This document shows, piece after piece, positions 7,503-18,023 of a stretch of DNA of 64,000 bases (the stretch's first letter is position 1; every line of letters begins with the position of its first letter). Position numbers and translations under genes: made by a program. The stretch lies in the NCBI GenBank assembly GCA_964464405.1, contig CAYXFX010000003.1, positions 6,410 through 70,409 of the forward strand, in the 5' to 3' direction. This DNA is from an uncultured Candidatus Saccharibacteria bacterium (GTDB lineage: Bacteria; Patescibacteriota; Minisyncoccia; UBA11713; 2-01-FULL-45-33). The notes under the pieces are model-generated. The model was not told where the DNA came from. It made no database searches and saw nothing but the letters and a program-made list of their open reading frames with translations.

Positions 7503-9728
7503 ATGCAATCAAAAAAATTTACGACGGAAGTCGGCGACAAAACTTTAACCGCCGAATTTACCGATTTAGCGCACCAAGCAAATGGATCGTGCCTTGTCAC
7601 TTATGGAGGAACCGTGGTTTTAGCAACCGCAGTTCAATCTAAAAACGCGCGCGAAGGAATAGATTTCTTTCCTCTTATGGTTGATTACGAAGAAAAATAT
7701 TACGCGGCAGGAATGATTTTGGGTTCGCGATTTATGAGAAGAGAAGGGAGAGCATCAGACGAAGCAATTTTGGTTTGTCGGCTAATCGACCGAGGCATCC
7801 GCCCGCTTTTTAATCAAAAAACAAGAAACGAAGTGCAAGTCATTGTGCTTGCGCTTACTGTTGACGAAGAAAACGACCCAGACGTTCCCGCAATAATCGC
7901 ATCATCTCTTGCTTTGGGAACTTCAGACATTCCATGGAACGGGCCTTTGGGATCCGTTCGCGTATCTAAAATAGACGGCAAACTTGCCATAAACCCTTCC
8001 TACCTTGAACGCCAAAACGCTGATTTGGATATGGTTATCTGCGGAAAAAACGGAAAAGTCAACATGATTGAAGCGGGAGCAAAAGAAGTTGGGGAAAGCG
8101 ATATGGACGAAGCGTTGGAACTTGCGAGCAAAGAAATAGAAAAGATAATTAAATTCCAAAAAGAGATAATTTCGGAAATCGGAAAGAAAAAAGTTGAAGT
8201 AAAATTAGCTGAAGCTCCGAAGCAGATGGAGGAAATGTTTAAAAAACATATTGCGCGGCGCCTCGAAGACGCAATTTACATAAAAGAAAAATTAAACAGG
8301 TATGAAGCGCTAAACGAGCTTAAAGCCGAGTGGATGGGAGTTTGCGCGGAGCAATTTAAGGAAGTACCGAAAAACATTGTCGATTCTCTTTTTGAAGACA
8401 CGATAAACGATGTCGTACATAAAAACATAATTGAGCAGGAAAAACGGCCCGACGGAAGGGGAGTTAAAGAAATCCGCCCGCTTTTTGCTAAGCACCATAT
8501 TCTACCGCGAACGCACGGCTCGGGAGTTTTTTATAGAGGAGAAACGCATATTCTTTCGGTCGTAACTTTGGGAGCACCTTCAGACGTGCAATTAATCGAA
8601 GGAATGGAAATCCGCACCAAAAAAAGATTCATGCACCATTATAACTTTCCGCCATTTTCAGTAGGCGAAATCAAACCGATGAGAGGCCCTTCGAGGCGCG
8701 ACATAGGCCACGGAGCATTGGGAGAACGCGCGCTTTTTGCAGTCGTTCCCGAATCAAAAGATTTTCCTTACACAATCCGCGTGGTTTCAGAAACGCTTTC
8801 TTCGAACGGTTCCAGCTCCATGGGCTCGGTAACCGCGGCGTCTCTTGCGTTGATGGATGCCGGAGTTCCGATCAAGGGGCCGGTTTCGGGAGCCGCAATG
8901 GGCCTGATGTTGAGCGAAGCGAAATCCGCCTCTGGCGAAATGGAAGATTACCGCTACAAAATTTTAACCGACATACAGGGGCCCGAAGACCATCATGGCG
9001 ACATGGACTTTAAAGTCGCCGGAACCAAAGAAGGAATTACAGCGGTACAAATGGACGTAAAGGTGGACGGCATTCCTCTTAAAATTATGAAAGAAGCGTT
9101 TTTGGACGCCAAAGAAGCGCGATTGAAAATTTTAAAAGTCATCACAGACGAACTTCCTGAACCCAAAAAAGAGTTATCTCCGTATGCTCCGCGAATTCTT
9201 ACAATGAAAATCGACCCGGATAAAATCCGCGATGTTATCGGCCCAGGCGGAAAAATGATTAACGCAATAATTGCCGAAACCGGAGCGGATATTGATATTG
9301 AGCAAGATGGTACAATTTTTATCACCGCACCAAAAGAGGAAGGGCTTAAGGCGGCGGAAGAAAAAATTAAAATGCTTACAAAAGTTTTTGAGATAGGCGA
9401 GTCATTTACGGGAATTGTTACAAGAATTTTTCCGTTCGGAGCAATGGTAGAGTTTGCGCCGAAACAGGAAGGGCTTGTTCATATTTCGGAGCTTGCCCCA
9501 TTCAGAGTAAACCAGGTTACGGATGTGGTTTCCCCTGGGGACGAAGTGCCGGTAAAAATTGTAGGAATAGACGACCAAGGAAGAGTAAACCTCTCAATCA
9601 AGGCGGTAAAGAAACTTGAACTTAAATCAGACGAAGACCGCAAAAACGGCGAAGAAATAGCGCGCAAGCAGGCAAACGAACGCATGCGCCGTGAAAACGG
9701 AAGGGGCGGAAGAGGAGGAAGACGATAA
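7503..9728 (+). CDS. pnp: Polyribonucleotide nucleotidyltransferase (PNPase)
   Basis: 741 aa with two RNase PH domains, KH and S1 domains, and a C-terminal RGG tail. Confidence 0.95.
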   Translation: MQSKKFTTEVGDKTLTAEFTDLAHQANGSCLVTYGGTVVLATAVQSKNAREGIDFFPLMVDYEEKYYAAGMILGSRFMRREGRASDEAILVCRLIDRGIRPLFNQKTRNEVQVIVLALTVDEENDPDVPAIIASSLALGTSDIPWNGPLGSVRVSKIDGKLAINPSYLERQNADLDMVICGKNGKVNMIEAGAKEVGESDMDEALELASKEIEKIIKFQKEIISEIGKKKVEVKLAEAPKQMEEMFKKHIARRLEDAIYIKEKLNRYEALNELKAEWMGVCAEQFKEVPKNIVDSLFEDTINDVVHKNIIEQEKRPDGRGVKEIRPLFAKHHILPRTHGSGVFYRGETHILSVVTLGAPSDVQLIEGMEIRTKKRFMHHYNFPPFSVGEIKPMRGPSRRDIGHGALGERALFAVVPESKDFPYTIRVVSETLSSNGSSSMGSVTAASLALMDAGVPIKGPVSGAAMGLMLSEAKSASGEMEDYRYKILTDIQGPEDHHGDMDFKVAGTKEGITAVQMDVKVDGIPLKIMKEAFLDAKEARLKILKVITDELPEPKKELSPYAPRILTMKIDPDKIRDVIGPGGKMINAIIAETGADIDIEQDGTIFITAPKEEGLKAAEEKIKMLTKVFEIGESFTGIVTRIFPFGAMVEFAPKQEGLVHISELAPFRVNQVTDVVSPGDEVPVKIVGIDDQGRVNLSIKAVKKLELKSDEDRKNGEEIARKQANERMRRENGRGGRGGRR

Positions 9729-9809
9729 AAATTTCAAGAAAAAAATAAATAAGGCAATATTTTTTCCGGCTTTGTTAATATTAACATCAAAAAATGCTAA
9801 AATTAGCAT

Positions 9810-10676
9810 ATGATAGATGATAAAAAGCCTGAATTGCCAAAACTTAGGACATTCAAGTCCGACGCCGAAATTTTTACGAACAAAAAGAAAATTTCTGAAT
9901 TTGATATAAAAAAAACGGCCTATTTAGAACAAAAGGAAGACCGACTTGTACGCTACCGGCCTGGCATTTCCATCTTCATGAAAATCGTAATCGCTGCGGC
10001 CGTAGCTCTAGTTATCGGGGGAGGGGGATATTTCGGATACCGATATTTGCTTAGCAAACCTGCGGTAAAAACTCCGGAAAAAGCAAAACCTCCCGCACAA
10101 ATTGTTAAGGCAGATGACGAAAAAATTATTACATTTAATATCGTAAACCCAGGCACCTTGATTTCATATTTAATTAGCGAAAAAGAAAAAAATTTACGGC
10201 CCGGTTCGATTGTAAATTTTCCGATAGAAGCTGTTGTGGAAACCGGCGAAATTAAATTTATTGACTCTAAAAAAATAGCTGAGGCGCTTTCTTGGAATGC
10301 TCCGTTAAGTTTCATCGAAAATCTCTCGGGAGAATTTAATGCATTAATGATCTACGGAGAGTATTCACATGATTTTTCATTGATAATGAAAGTTAATAAC
10401 TTTGACACCGCCATTTCTTCGCTAATTTCGTGGGAACGAACTATGTGGCCGCCGTGGAAACCGTTTTTTTCTGCAGACGATGTTGAAAACGTCCATAATT
10501 TTACTTTTGTAGACGAAATAATTGAAAATAACGACGCGAGAATTTTTAAAAATAAAGAAACAGGAAAAGTTATTTTAGGATACAGCATTTTTAATAAACA
10601 GTATGTAATTTTCTCAACATCGCGCGAGGGCTTAAAACTAATTCTTTCGCGTCTTGTATCCTTGCCACCCAGATAG
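9810..10676 (+). CDS. Hypothetical membrane-anchored protein (288 aa)
   Basis: Single TM (IVIAAAVALVIGGGGYFGY) plus an extracytoplasmic domain; no recognised family. Confidence 0.45.
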   Translation: MIDDKKPELPKLRTFKSDAEIFTNKKKISEFDIKKTAYLEQKEDRLVRYRPGISIFMKIVIAAAVALVIGGGGYFGYRYLLSKPAVKTPEKAKPPAQIVKADDEKIITFNIVNPGTLISYLISEKEKNLRPGSIVNFPIEAVVETGEIKFIDSKKIAEALSWNAPLSFIENLSGEFNALMIYGEYSHDFSLIMKVNNFDTAISSLISWERTMWPPWKPFFSADDVENVHNFTFVDEIIENNDARIFKNKETGKVILGYSIFNKQYVIFSTSREGLKLILSRLVSLPPR

Positions 10677-10735
10677 TTTCGTGCTATTATATTTACGGAT
10701 AAATTTCCCTAAATTCAAGGAAGGAGAAATTCCCC

Positions 10736-11659
10736 ATGAAAGTTTATGTCGTTCATAAAAACAAAAAGGTTGCAGAATTTTTATGTTCGCTTTTAGAAGA
10801 ATGGGGTTATGACCCGTTGGATCTAGTGAGCTTGATTGTCAGTCCAACTGATAGGCGGTGGGACACGATTGTCACGGTAGACATTTGTAATTATATAAAA
10901 AAAATGGAAAACGACGCGCCGCCAGTAGTTCTTATTGATTTATCAATAAGAGGCAGTACTTGGCTTAGCATGGCGTTAACAGCAATGGTCGCGCAACCAG
11001 CCCAGATTATTTTTATCGCCCACAGAGAAACGGATCCGATCGCTATCAATTTTCATGATCGTATTTACGGAAATATATTGCCTGTGCTTTCGGAGGCGGA
11101 GATTTTTAGCAGCATGGAAATTTTCGCTCTAAAATCTTTGCTCCATGGGGCAAAGAAGACAATAGATATTATCGAGAAAGCAAAAAAAGACTATGTAACA
11201 CGATTGCCGAACGTAGAAGAAACGGACAGGCTTCTCGAGATAATTTTTAGACAAAACAAACAAATGTCCGTAATAATAATTGATATCGATAATTTCAAGT
11301 ACTTAAATGATACGTGCGGCCACGAAGCAGCGGATGAAGTTTTGAGATGGGTTGGGAAAAGAATAAGGAGAGCGGTAAGACCGCAGGATTTGGTTGGAAA
11401 ATATAAGAAGGGCGACGAATTTTTAGTGGCAATCTCTAATTTTTTACCCAAAGAAGAAATTGAGAAAATGACGGAGCGCATAAAAGCCGCTGTTATCCGG
11501 CCAATCAAAGTTAGAAGGAGAAAAGAACCCATCATCGCTGAAATTTCGGCAGGTTACGCAAGCAAAGAAAAAAACAAATCTCTAGGGTCTTTGAAAGAGG
11601 ATGCGGATAAAAACATGCTTCAAGAAAAAGCACTAAAAGGTCACGTGATAGTTATATAA
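10736..11659 (+). CDS. GGDEF-domain protein with degenerate active-site motif (KGDEF) and a REC-like N-terminus
   Basis: IIIDIDNFKYLNDTCGHEAADEVL and KYKKGDEFLVAI match a diguanylate cyclase fold, but GG(D/E)EF is replaced by KGDEF. Confidence 0.6.
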   Translation: MKVYVVHKNKKVAEFLCSLLEEWGYDPLDLVSLIVSPTDRRWDTIVTVDICNYIKKMENDAPPVVLIDLSIRGSTWLSMALTAMVAQPAQIIFIAHRETDPIAINFHDRIYGNILPVLSEAEIFSSMEIFALKSLLHGAKKTIDIIEKAKKDYVTRLPNVEETDRLLEIIFRQNKQMSVIIIDIDNFKYLNDTCGHEAADEVLRWVGKRIRRAVRPQDLVGKYKKGDEFLVAISNFLPKEEIEKMTERIKAAVIRPIKVRRRKEPIIAEISAGYASKEKNKSLGSLKEDADKNMLQEKALKGHVIVI

Positions 11660-11727
11660 TGCCGGCTTTTACGCTGGTGTTTTTTTATTTTTGACTAAAA
11701 AAATTAATAGTGTAAAATTAATAAATT

Positions 11728-12087
11728 ATGCCAATAGACTTAGATTATTTAAAAAAACAATTACTAGACGAGAAGACGAAAATTGAAGGGGAACTTTCTG
11801 TAATCGCCTCTAGAAATCCGGAAGCGCCGGAAGATTGGAATGTAAAATTTCCTGACATGAATGTAGAACAAGCCGACAAAAACGAGGCCGCAGACCAAGA
11901 AGAAGAAATGGAAAACCGCGTAAGCATTGAAGCGGGGCTTGAGGCTCGGCTTCGAGACATAAACGAAGCGCTTCAAAAAATGAACGATGGAAAATATGGA
12001 AAATGCACAATTGGAGGAGAAGAAATAGATGAGGCACGGCTCCGAGCAAACCCCGCCGCAGTAAATTGCATCGAACATTCATCTTAA
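11728..12087 (+). CDS. DksA/TraR-family zinc-finger protein (partially degenerate Cys ligands)
   Basis: C-terminal YGKCTIGGEEIDEARLRANPAAVNCIEH resembles the TraR/DksA motif; acidic coiled-coil N-terminus. Confidence 0.55.
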   Translation: MPIDLDYLKKQLLDEKTKIEGELSVIASRNPEAPEDWNVKFPDMNVEQADKNEAADQEEEMENRVSIEAGLEARLRDINEALQKMNDGKYGKCTIGGEEIDEARLRANPAAVNCIEHSS

Positions 12088-12132
12088 AAAGATTCTATTC
12101 GTATATTAGTACTTATTCGTAATTAGTATTTT

Positions 12133-12717
12133 ATGTTTCAAATAGATAAAAAATTTCCCGATTTCGCGTTAGAAATTTATAATCCAGAAAACAAAGACGT
12201 CGGCAAAATAAAATTAAATGATTTCGCAGGCGGGTGGTTAATTTTGTTTTTTTATCCAGCGGACTTTACTTTTGTATGCCCGACAGAACTTTTGGATATA
12301 AATCGCAAAATAGAAGGCTTTAAAAAACTTAACGCGGAAATTGTTTCTGTTTCAACCGATACAGTTTTCACCCATAAGGCATGGCTTGAAACAGAAGAAC
12401 TTCTAAAAGATATAAAATATAAAATGGCTGCCGACCACAACGGCAAATTTTCACGTGAATTGGGAATATACGACGAAGAAATCGGCATGGCTCAGCGCGC
12501 GGTATTTATTGTGGATCCCGAAGGAATTTTGCGAAGCGCCCAGATTGTAGCGGACGCAATCGGAAGAAACGCTTCCGAAATTTTACGCCAGCTTAAAGCA
12601 TTAGATTTCGTAAAAAATAATCCCGGACATGTCTGCCCCGCAAGCTGGGACGAAGGCGCTCAAACCTTAGAGCCACATGTCTCAAAAGCCGGCAGGGTGT
12701 ATAAAGAATTGAAATAG
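12133..12717 (+). CDS. Peroxiredoxin (AhpC/TSA, typical 2-Cys)
   Basis: FTFVCPTE peroxidatic Cys motif and C-terminal resolving VCP. Confidence 0.85.
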   Translation: MFQIDKKFPDFALEIYNPENKDVGKIKLNDFAGGWLILFFYPADFTFVCPTELLDINRKIEGFKKLNAEIVSVSTDTVFTHKAWLETEELLKDIKYKMAADHNGKFSRELGIYDEEIGMAQRAVFIVDPEGILRSAQIVADAIGRNASEILRQLKALDFVKNNPGHVCPASWDEGAQTLEPHVSKAGRVYKELK

Positions 12718-12783
12718 TTTTATCATATATCAATTTTGGTAAAGGTGTTTACTTTAATGAAGCACCGATGGTAAAGTCTCATC

Positions 12784-14307
12784 ATGGCTATAAAACTGCA
12801 TTCTGCGGAAGTTGTTGGGTTATCTGGCAAAATCATTGACGTAGAAATTGATTTATCTCCCGGGCTTTTTAGTTTCTCTATTGTCGGGCTTGCGGACAAA
12901 GCGGTTGCCGAATCCAAAGAAAGGATTTCGGCCGCGATAAAAAACTTGGGGGCAAAATCCCCGCAGAAAAAAAATCAGCGCGTGGTGGTTGCCTTAGCAC
13001 CCGCAGACTTAAAAAAAGAAGGCCCTGTTTTTGACTTGGCTATTGCGCTTGCATATTTACTCGCCTCAAAACAAACAAAATTTGATCCGAAAGGAAAATT
13101 GTTTTTGGGGGAGTTGGCTTTAGATGGCGCACTCCGCCCAGTAAAAGGAATGTTGGCGCTTGCGGAAGAAGCGCGTCGCGCCGGTTTTAAAGAAATTTTT
13201 GTCCCATTTGGTAATGGGGCCGAAGCGGCACTGATCGACGGAGTAAAAGTTTACGAGGCAAAATCTCTCGAAGACTTAATAGAACATCTGGAAGAAAAAG
13301 TTTTAATTAAAGAAACTCCTAAAACAAAACTCAATTTATTTACGCCAGATTCTCTGCTCGATTTTTCAGATGTAAAAGGCCAGGAATCGGCAAAAAGAGG
13401 ATTGGAAATTGCAGCCGCCGGATCGCATAATGCGCTGATGGTTGGAAGTCCGGGAACCGGGAAAACCATGCTTGCCCGCGCGTTTGCCGGCATTCTTCCT
13501 GCGCTTTCGAAAGAGGAAGCGCTTGAAGTTACAAAAATACATTCAATCGCGGGGGCTTTACATGAAGATAAATCCATACTTTTAGAGCGCCCTTTTAGAA
13601 ACCCGCACCATACGTCTTCCTATGTTTCTTTAATCGGAGGAGGCGCGTTTCCTAAGCCGGGAGAAATTACATTGGCCCACAGAGGAGTGCTTTTTCTGGA
13701 CGAATTTCCCGAGTTTGAAAGAAGAGTGATTGAAGCCCTGCGCCAGCCGTTGGAAGATAAGGTAGTGACAGTTTCGCGAGCAAAGGCAACTCTAAATTTT
13801 CCCGCACAAATCATGATGATACTTGCGATGAACCCATGCCCTTGCGGGAATCTGGGATCCGCTAAAGCTTGCGTTTGCAACTCAAATTCGATAAACAAAT
13901 ACCAAAGAAAAATTTCCGGGCCGATTGTGGATAGAATTGATCTTTGGCTTGGAGTATACGGAATTGACCACAAAAAACTAGAAGATGAATCGATAAGGAC
14001 TGAAACTTCTAAAGAAATAAGAAAAAGAGTGGAACGCGCAAGAGATATACAAAACAAAAGATTTTCCGGCTCGAAATTATTAACAAATTCTGAAATGTCC
14101 GCACGCGATATTAAAAAATATTGCGCGCTAGACAACGAGTCAAAATCGATTTTACAGCAAGCTGCCGCGCGGCTAGATCTTTCGCCCCGAAGCTACCACC
14201 GCGTAATAAAACTCTCGCGAACAATCGCAGACTTAGAAGGTGCACGGGACATAAAAAAAGAGCATCTTTTGGAAGCTCTTCAATATAGACCGAAATCGTT
14301 GATTTAA
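12784..14307 (+). CDS. YifB/ComM-family Mg-chelatase-like AAA+ ATPase
   Basis: Lon-like N-terminal domain (IDVEIDLSPGLFSFSIVGLADKAV), Walker A GSPGTGKT, C-terminal ChlI-like domain. Confidence 0.85.
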   Translation: MAIKLHSAEVVGLSGKIIDVEIDLSPGLFSFSIVGLADKAVAESKERISAAIKNLGAKSPQKKNQRVVVALAPADLKKEGPVFDLAIALAYLLASKQTKFDPKGKLFLGELALDGALRPVKGMLALAEEARRAGFKEIFVPFGNGAEAALIDGVKVYEAKSLEDLIEHLEEKVLIKETPKTKLNLFTPDSLLDFSDVKGQESAKRGLEIAAAGSHNALMVGSPGTGKTMLARAFAGILPALSKEEALEVTKIHSIAGALHEDKSILLERPFRNPHHTSSYVSLIGGGAFPKPGEITLAHRGVLFLDEFPEFERRVIEALRQPLEDKVVTVSRAKATLNFPAQIMMILAMNPCPCGNLGSAKACVCNSNSINKYQRKISGPIVDRIDLWLGVYGIDHKKLEDESIRTETSKEIRKRVERARDIQNKRFSGSKLLTNSEMSARDIKKYCALDNESKSILQQAAARLDLSPRSYHRVIKLSRTIADLEGARDIKKEHLLEALQYRPKSLI

Positions 14308-14324
14308 AAAAATGGACTAGCCTG

Positions 14325-14675
14325 TCAAACAGTGGGCAATCCAGTTCCGCCGGCCACCTCGTGTGCTCTGCCGTGCACATAACTACTGACCACGGAAAAG
14401 GCATTGCGATATTCCGGCGACTGCCAGAGATACTCGTATGCCGCTTCAACAAAAGCTGCTTTTAGATCATTCGAAGTTACAAAAAAGACATCTGGTTTCA
14501 TGTTTGAATACCGACGTTCGCTTGAAAGTACGCTCTTCAGGATCAGCAACTTGCATTGAGCGTCGGTAGAGAAATCCTTTTGTAACCGCTTTTCGTATTC
14601 TTCTTTTTTTTTCGAAAGTTGTGCCAACAAATTTTTGTCACTTTTGTCAATAAAAATGTGCGTGTAAGATGGCAT
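14325..14675 (-). CDS. Hypothetical protein (about 116 aa from internal ATG with AGGGGGG SD), GC-rich
   Basis: The track ORF extends to 14711, but ATG at 14675 has the better RBS. The elevated GC suggests horizontal origin. Confidence 0.4.
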   Translation of the reverse strand: MPSYTHIFIDKSDKNLLAQLSKKKEEYEKRLQKDFSTDAQCKLLILKSVLSSERRYSNMKPDVFFVTSNDLKAAFVEAAYEYLWQSPEYRNAFSVVSSYVHGRAHEVAGGTGLPTV

Positions 14676-14868
14676 ACTAGCCCCCCTTCTTTTTCCATTT
14701 ACTGTCGTCAATTATGTGCCACGCCACTCCTCCTGCTTTTTGATATGTTTACCGGTCAACCCCCGTGTGAAAAAATATTATCTATGGTAACTATACATCT
14801 TTAAATTGTCTTTGTCAAATCACAGTCATTGTGTCCTTCTCCCGGGGTTTTTTTGATATAATGAACGC

Positions 14869-15843
14869 ATGAACACCAAATATGTTACCGGCTTAATTTT
14901 AGTAGCCATAGGCGGGGCTACAGTTTGGTTTTATTTAAACGACCTTCAGTTTCAATCAGCCGAAAAACAACAGCCATCCGAAGACGATCAAATTTTAACA
15001 ATTGCCGAACCGTTCGGGAAAAACCCGATGTTTGGTCCGCTATACGAATCTGCGGATAAGGAATATGGCACTTTAATAAGATTTTTGGCCTCAAAACTGG
15101 AAAGTTACGGCATTAAAGAAGGAAAATTTATTGCAGTAGAAAATTCGTATGAAGCAAGCTTGTTGCTTAGGCAAGGAAAACTAGATATTTACGTAGACAG
15201 TCCATTTCCGGCATACATTGTCGCGAAACTTACGGGAGCAGAACCTTTAGTAAACAGATGGAAAAGGGGGCAAGAAAAATATCACAGCAATATTTTTGTA
15301 AAAAAAAGTAGTGCCATTAAAACACTTGACGATCTGAAAGGCAAAATGATGGTTTTTGACAAACCGGACTCTACTTCAGCATATTTTCTCCCGAAAGCTG
15401 AACTTATTAAGCGTGGATACAAAATGACACAAAAATCAGGACCGAGAGATTCGACGTCCTTAGACGAAATAGGATATTATTTCGCCGGAAGTGATGTAAA
15501 AGCAATGGAAGATATGCAAAATGGAGTTGCGGCTGCGAGCGCGCAAAATGACGCCGATTTTAAAACTTTAGCAGGAGATCAGGCAGGAGATTACCGGTTT
15601 ATTTTTTCAACAGTCGATGTATTTCGACATGTTTTAGTTTTACGCCCGGGCATTGATCCTAAGTTAAAAGAAACAATTAAACAAATCTTGCTTGACATGG
15701 ATAAAGATCCTGAAGGCCAAAAGGTGCTTAATGATCACAAAAAAACCAAAAAATTCGAGGAATTTAAGCCAAGCGTTGCTGAAGCCTTTAGGGGCATAGC
15801 GGAGCTTTCTTCACTCGTCGAAAAAGAAATTATCGGACAATAG
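14869..15843 (+). CDS. PhnD/SsuA-like ABC-type substrate-binding protein (membrane anchored)
   Basis: N-terminal TM/signal peptide; periplasmic-binding-protein type 2 fold signatures (KLDIYVDSPFPAYIV...MVFDKPDSTSAYFLP). Confidence 0.55.
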   Translation: MNTKYVTGLILVAIGGATVWFYLNDLQFQSAEKQQPSEDDQILTIAEPFGKNPMFGPLYESADKEYGTLIRFLASKLESYGIKEGKFIAVENSYEASLLLRQGKLDIYVDSPFPAYIVAKLTGAEPLVNRWKRGQEKYHSNIFVKKSSAIKTLDDLKGKMMVFDKPDSTSAYFLPKAELIKRGYKMTQKSGPRDSTSLDEIGYYFAGSDVKAMEDMQNGVAAASAQNDADFKTLAGDQAGDYRFIFSTVDVFRHVLVLRPGIDPKLKETIKQILLDMDKDPEGQKVLNDHKKTKKFEEFKPSVAEAFRGIAELSSLVEKEIIGQ

Positions 15844-15852
15844 TCTGCCCAA

Positions 15853-16767
15853 TTGTTTTCAAACTTTTTTACAAATCTCTCCATCCGAAACAAACTTCTT
15901 TTCGGATTTTCGATCGTTGTTTTATTTTTTCTTTTTTTTGCCGGATACTTTTTAAGGTCAGTAAATAATCTAAACAAAACCTTTGACGATCTGGAGCGTC
16001 AATATAAAATTCTTAGCGCCTTGTCGATTCTTCAACTAAGCAACAACAAATTTGCCAACAACGCCAAAGCTTATATTTTAACGAATGACAAAAAATGGGA
16101 AGATGCTTATGACGAAGCGCTGATCCAGTATGATTTGGCTTTAAATGAATTTTATGCAATTGAAACAAATGGCGAAATTCAGTCTCAAGTTAAAAGATTT
16201 GCGTTTCTTATTTCGCAACTTAAAGGCACCGAACTCTTGATTCTTTCTAAAGTCAGGAGCGGCGAGACTGAAAATGCGAAATCTCTTTTTGACTTAAATT
16301 ATGAACAACGGCAAAATGAAGCCTCGCGGCTTATTTTAGATACAGTTGAAGACAAATTTAGCGACGTTACTTCGAAATTCAATTCCGGGCATAACATTGT
16401 AAAAAAAGCGAGAAACACCCTGCTAACTTTGTTTGCGGTAGCAACGGTTGGACTGCTGCTATTATCCTTTTGGATTTCTTCATTCATTTCCGAGCCCATT
16501 AAAGAATTGGCTGAAACAATCAAAAAAATAGCAGACGGAGATTTAAAGATTCGTGCAAGAGTTTCCTCAAAAGACGAGGTAGGCATTCTTGCATCCGATC
16601 TAAACGAAATGACAAAACGCATGGAAAAATCATATCAAGATTTGGAAGAAAAAGTCCGAATTCGCACGAAAGATCTGGAAGATAAAGTAACGGAGCTTGA
16701 AAATCTAAGGGAAACAATGATAAAAACCGTAGAAACTCTGGAAAAAATAAAAGAAAAAGATCAGTGA
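15853..16767 (+). CDS. HAMP-domain signalling protein (sensor-like, no kinase domain)
   Basis: TM - periplasmic domain - TM - HAMP (PIKELAETIKKIADGDLKIRARVSSKDEVGILASDLNEMTKRME) - coiled coil. Confidence 0.6.
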   Translation: MFSNFFTNLSIRNKLLFGFSIVVLFFLFFAGYFLRSVNNLNKTFDDLERQYKILSALSILQLSNNKFANNAKAYILTNDKKWEDAYDEALIQYDLALNEFYAIETNGEIQSQVKRFAFLISQLKGTELLILSKVRSGETENAKSLFDLNYEQRQNEASRLILDTVEDKFSDVTSKFNSGHNIVKKARNTLLTLFAVATVGLLLLSFWISSFISEPIKELAETIKKIADGDLKIRARVSSKDEVGILASDLNEMTKRMEKSYQDLEEKVRIRTKDLEDKVTELENLRETMIKTVETLEKIKEKDQ

Positions 16768-16787
16768 TCGAAGTTCGACTTCAATCA
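16765..16787. terminator. Palindromic hairpin tgatcgaagttcgacttcaatca between convergent genes (repeat-family member)
   Basis: Near-identical to 5061-5083; lies between the HAMP gene stop and the M23 peptidase stop. Confidence 0.4.
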
Positions 16788-16800
16788 GTACTGATTTCAG

Positions 16801-17799
16801 CTAGAACGGATTCTTTGCTCCTCTTACCTCAAAATGAACATGGCACCCGCTTGAGTTGCCTGTGCTTCCGATAGCCCCGACCACCGCCCCTTGGCTAACA
16901 ATTTGCCCTGGCACAACATAAACAGAGCTCATGTGAGAATATAATGTTTGTGTCCCGTTAGGATGGATTATGACAATATATTTTCCGTACCCTCCGTTCC
17001 AGCCCGTGCTTCTTGCAATAAGTACAGTACCCGCAGCAGAAGCAAAAATCTGTGTTCCACAGCTGTCTGCTAGATCAACTCCGTTAAAACCATGGATGCC
17101 TTGCGTTTTTCTGCCTGCCAAAATTGGCCTTATATAATAACCGATAATTTCCGGTCCTCCTCCGCCCCTATAAACATTTTTCGTTCCTGAAGATTTGGGT
17201 GGTGCGCTTGGGATCTCAATTTCGGCATCGGGAATAATTATTGTAGAACCAACTTCCAAAAATCCATCTTGTAAAAGTCCGTTGAAGGTCATAATTTCTT
17301 CGGCATCGCTTTTGAATTTTTTTGCTAATGATTTCACAGTATCTCCCTTTTTTACCTCATACTGTATTCCAGATATCGGCAAAATTACAAGAACATCTCC
17401 CGTTTTGATAAGCGCGCCCTTTTTCAAATTGTTCGCCCAATAAATTGTATTTACATTTATTCCAAACATGTCCGCGATTTTGGATAAATTATCTCCCCCT
17501 CGCACAGTATACGTCGTAATTTGGTCCAGCTTATAAAGATCCGATTCAGCCACACTTCCCAAGGGCCCTACAACCGGCATAAGAGCTGATCCGTCAACAT
17601 AATTAATTTGAGGCCCCCCGGTGCCATTAAGGTCGAGCGCTTGCGGCGCATTTAATAAAGGGACATTCTGGGAATTATAAGGAACTTCCTCTTTTCCACC
17701 CCCAAAAAAGTTTTCTAAAAAAGAAAGAAGCCCCGCATGAGCCTCTTTTGTAAAAGCATTCAAAATAAACACGACGAAAAGAAGCCCGCACACGGGCAA
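16801..17799 (-). CDS. LysM-domain M23 family metallopeptidase
   Basis: Two LysM repeats (YTVRGGDNLSKIADMFGINVNTIYWAN) and a C-terminal M23 HxxxD/HxH region (HPNGTQTLYSHMS...GNSSGCHVHFEV). Confidence 0.8.
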   Translation of the reverse strand: MPVCGLLFVVFILNAFTKEAHAGLLSFLENFFGGGKEEVPYNSQNVPLLNAPQALDLNGTGGPQINYVDGSALMPVVGPLGSVAESDLYKLDQITTYTVRGGDNLSKIADMFGINVNTIYWANNLKKGALIKTGDVLVILPISGIQYEVKKGDTVKSLAKKFKSDAEEIMTFNGLLQDGFLEVGSTIIIPDAEIEIPSAPPKSSGTKNVYRGGGGPEIIGYYIRPILAGRKTQGIHGFNGVDLADSCGTQIFASAAGTVLIARSTGWNGGYGKYIVIIHPNGTQTLYSHMSSVYVVPGQIVSQGAVVGAIGSTGNSSGCHVHFEVRGAKNPF

Positions 17800-18023
17800 A
17801 AGCGCTTTTTTATAGTTTTGAATATTTAAAATAGTGTTTAAAACTGACTAAAATTCTAAGTAAAAATTCATCTCATGTTGGATAAAAAGTCCATATTTTA
17901 AGCCATTTTTTATCCATTTGCTCCAAATTCGACCAGTACCAACAGACTAACAAATTTCGGAGAAAGGAGCAACCGAGATATCCACTTCTGTGCAAAACAT
18001 GTGGAATCCATTATCATACCCCT

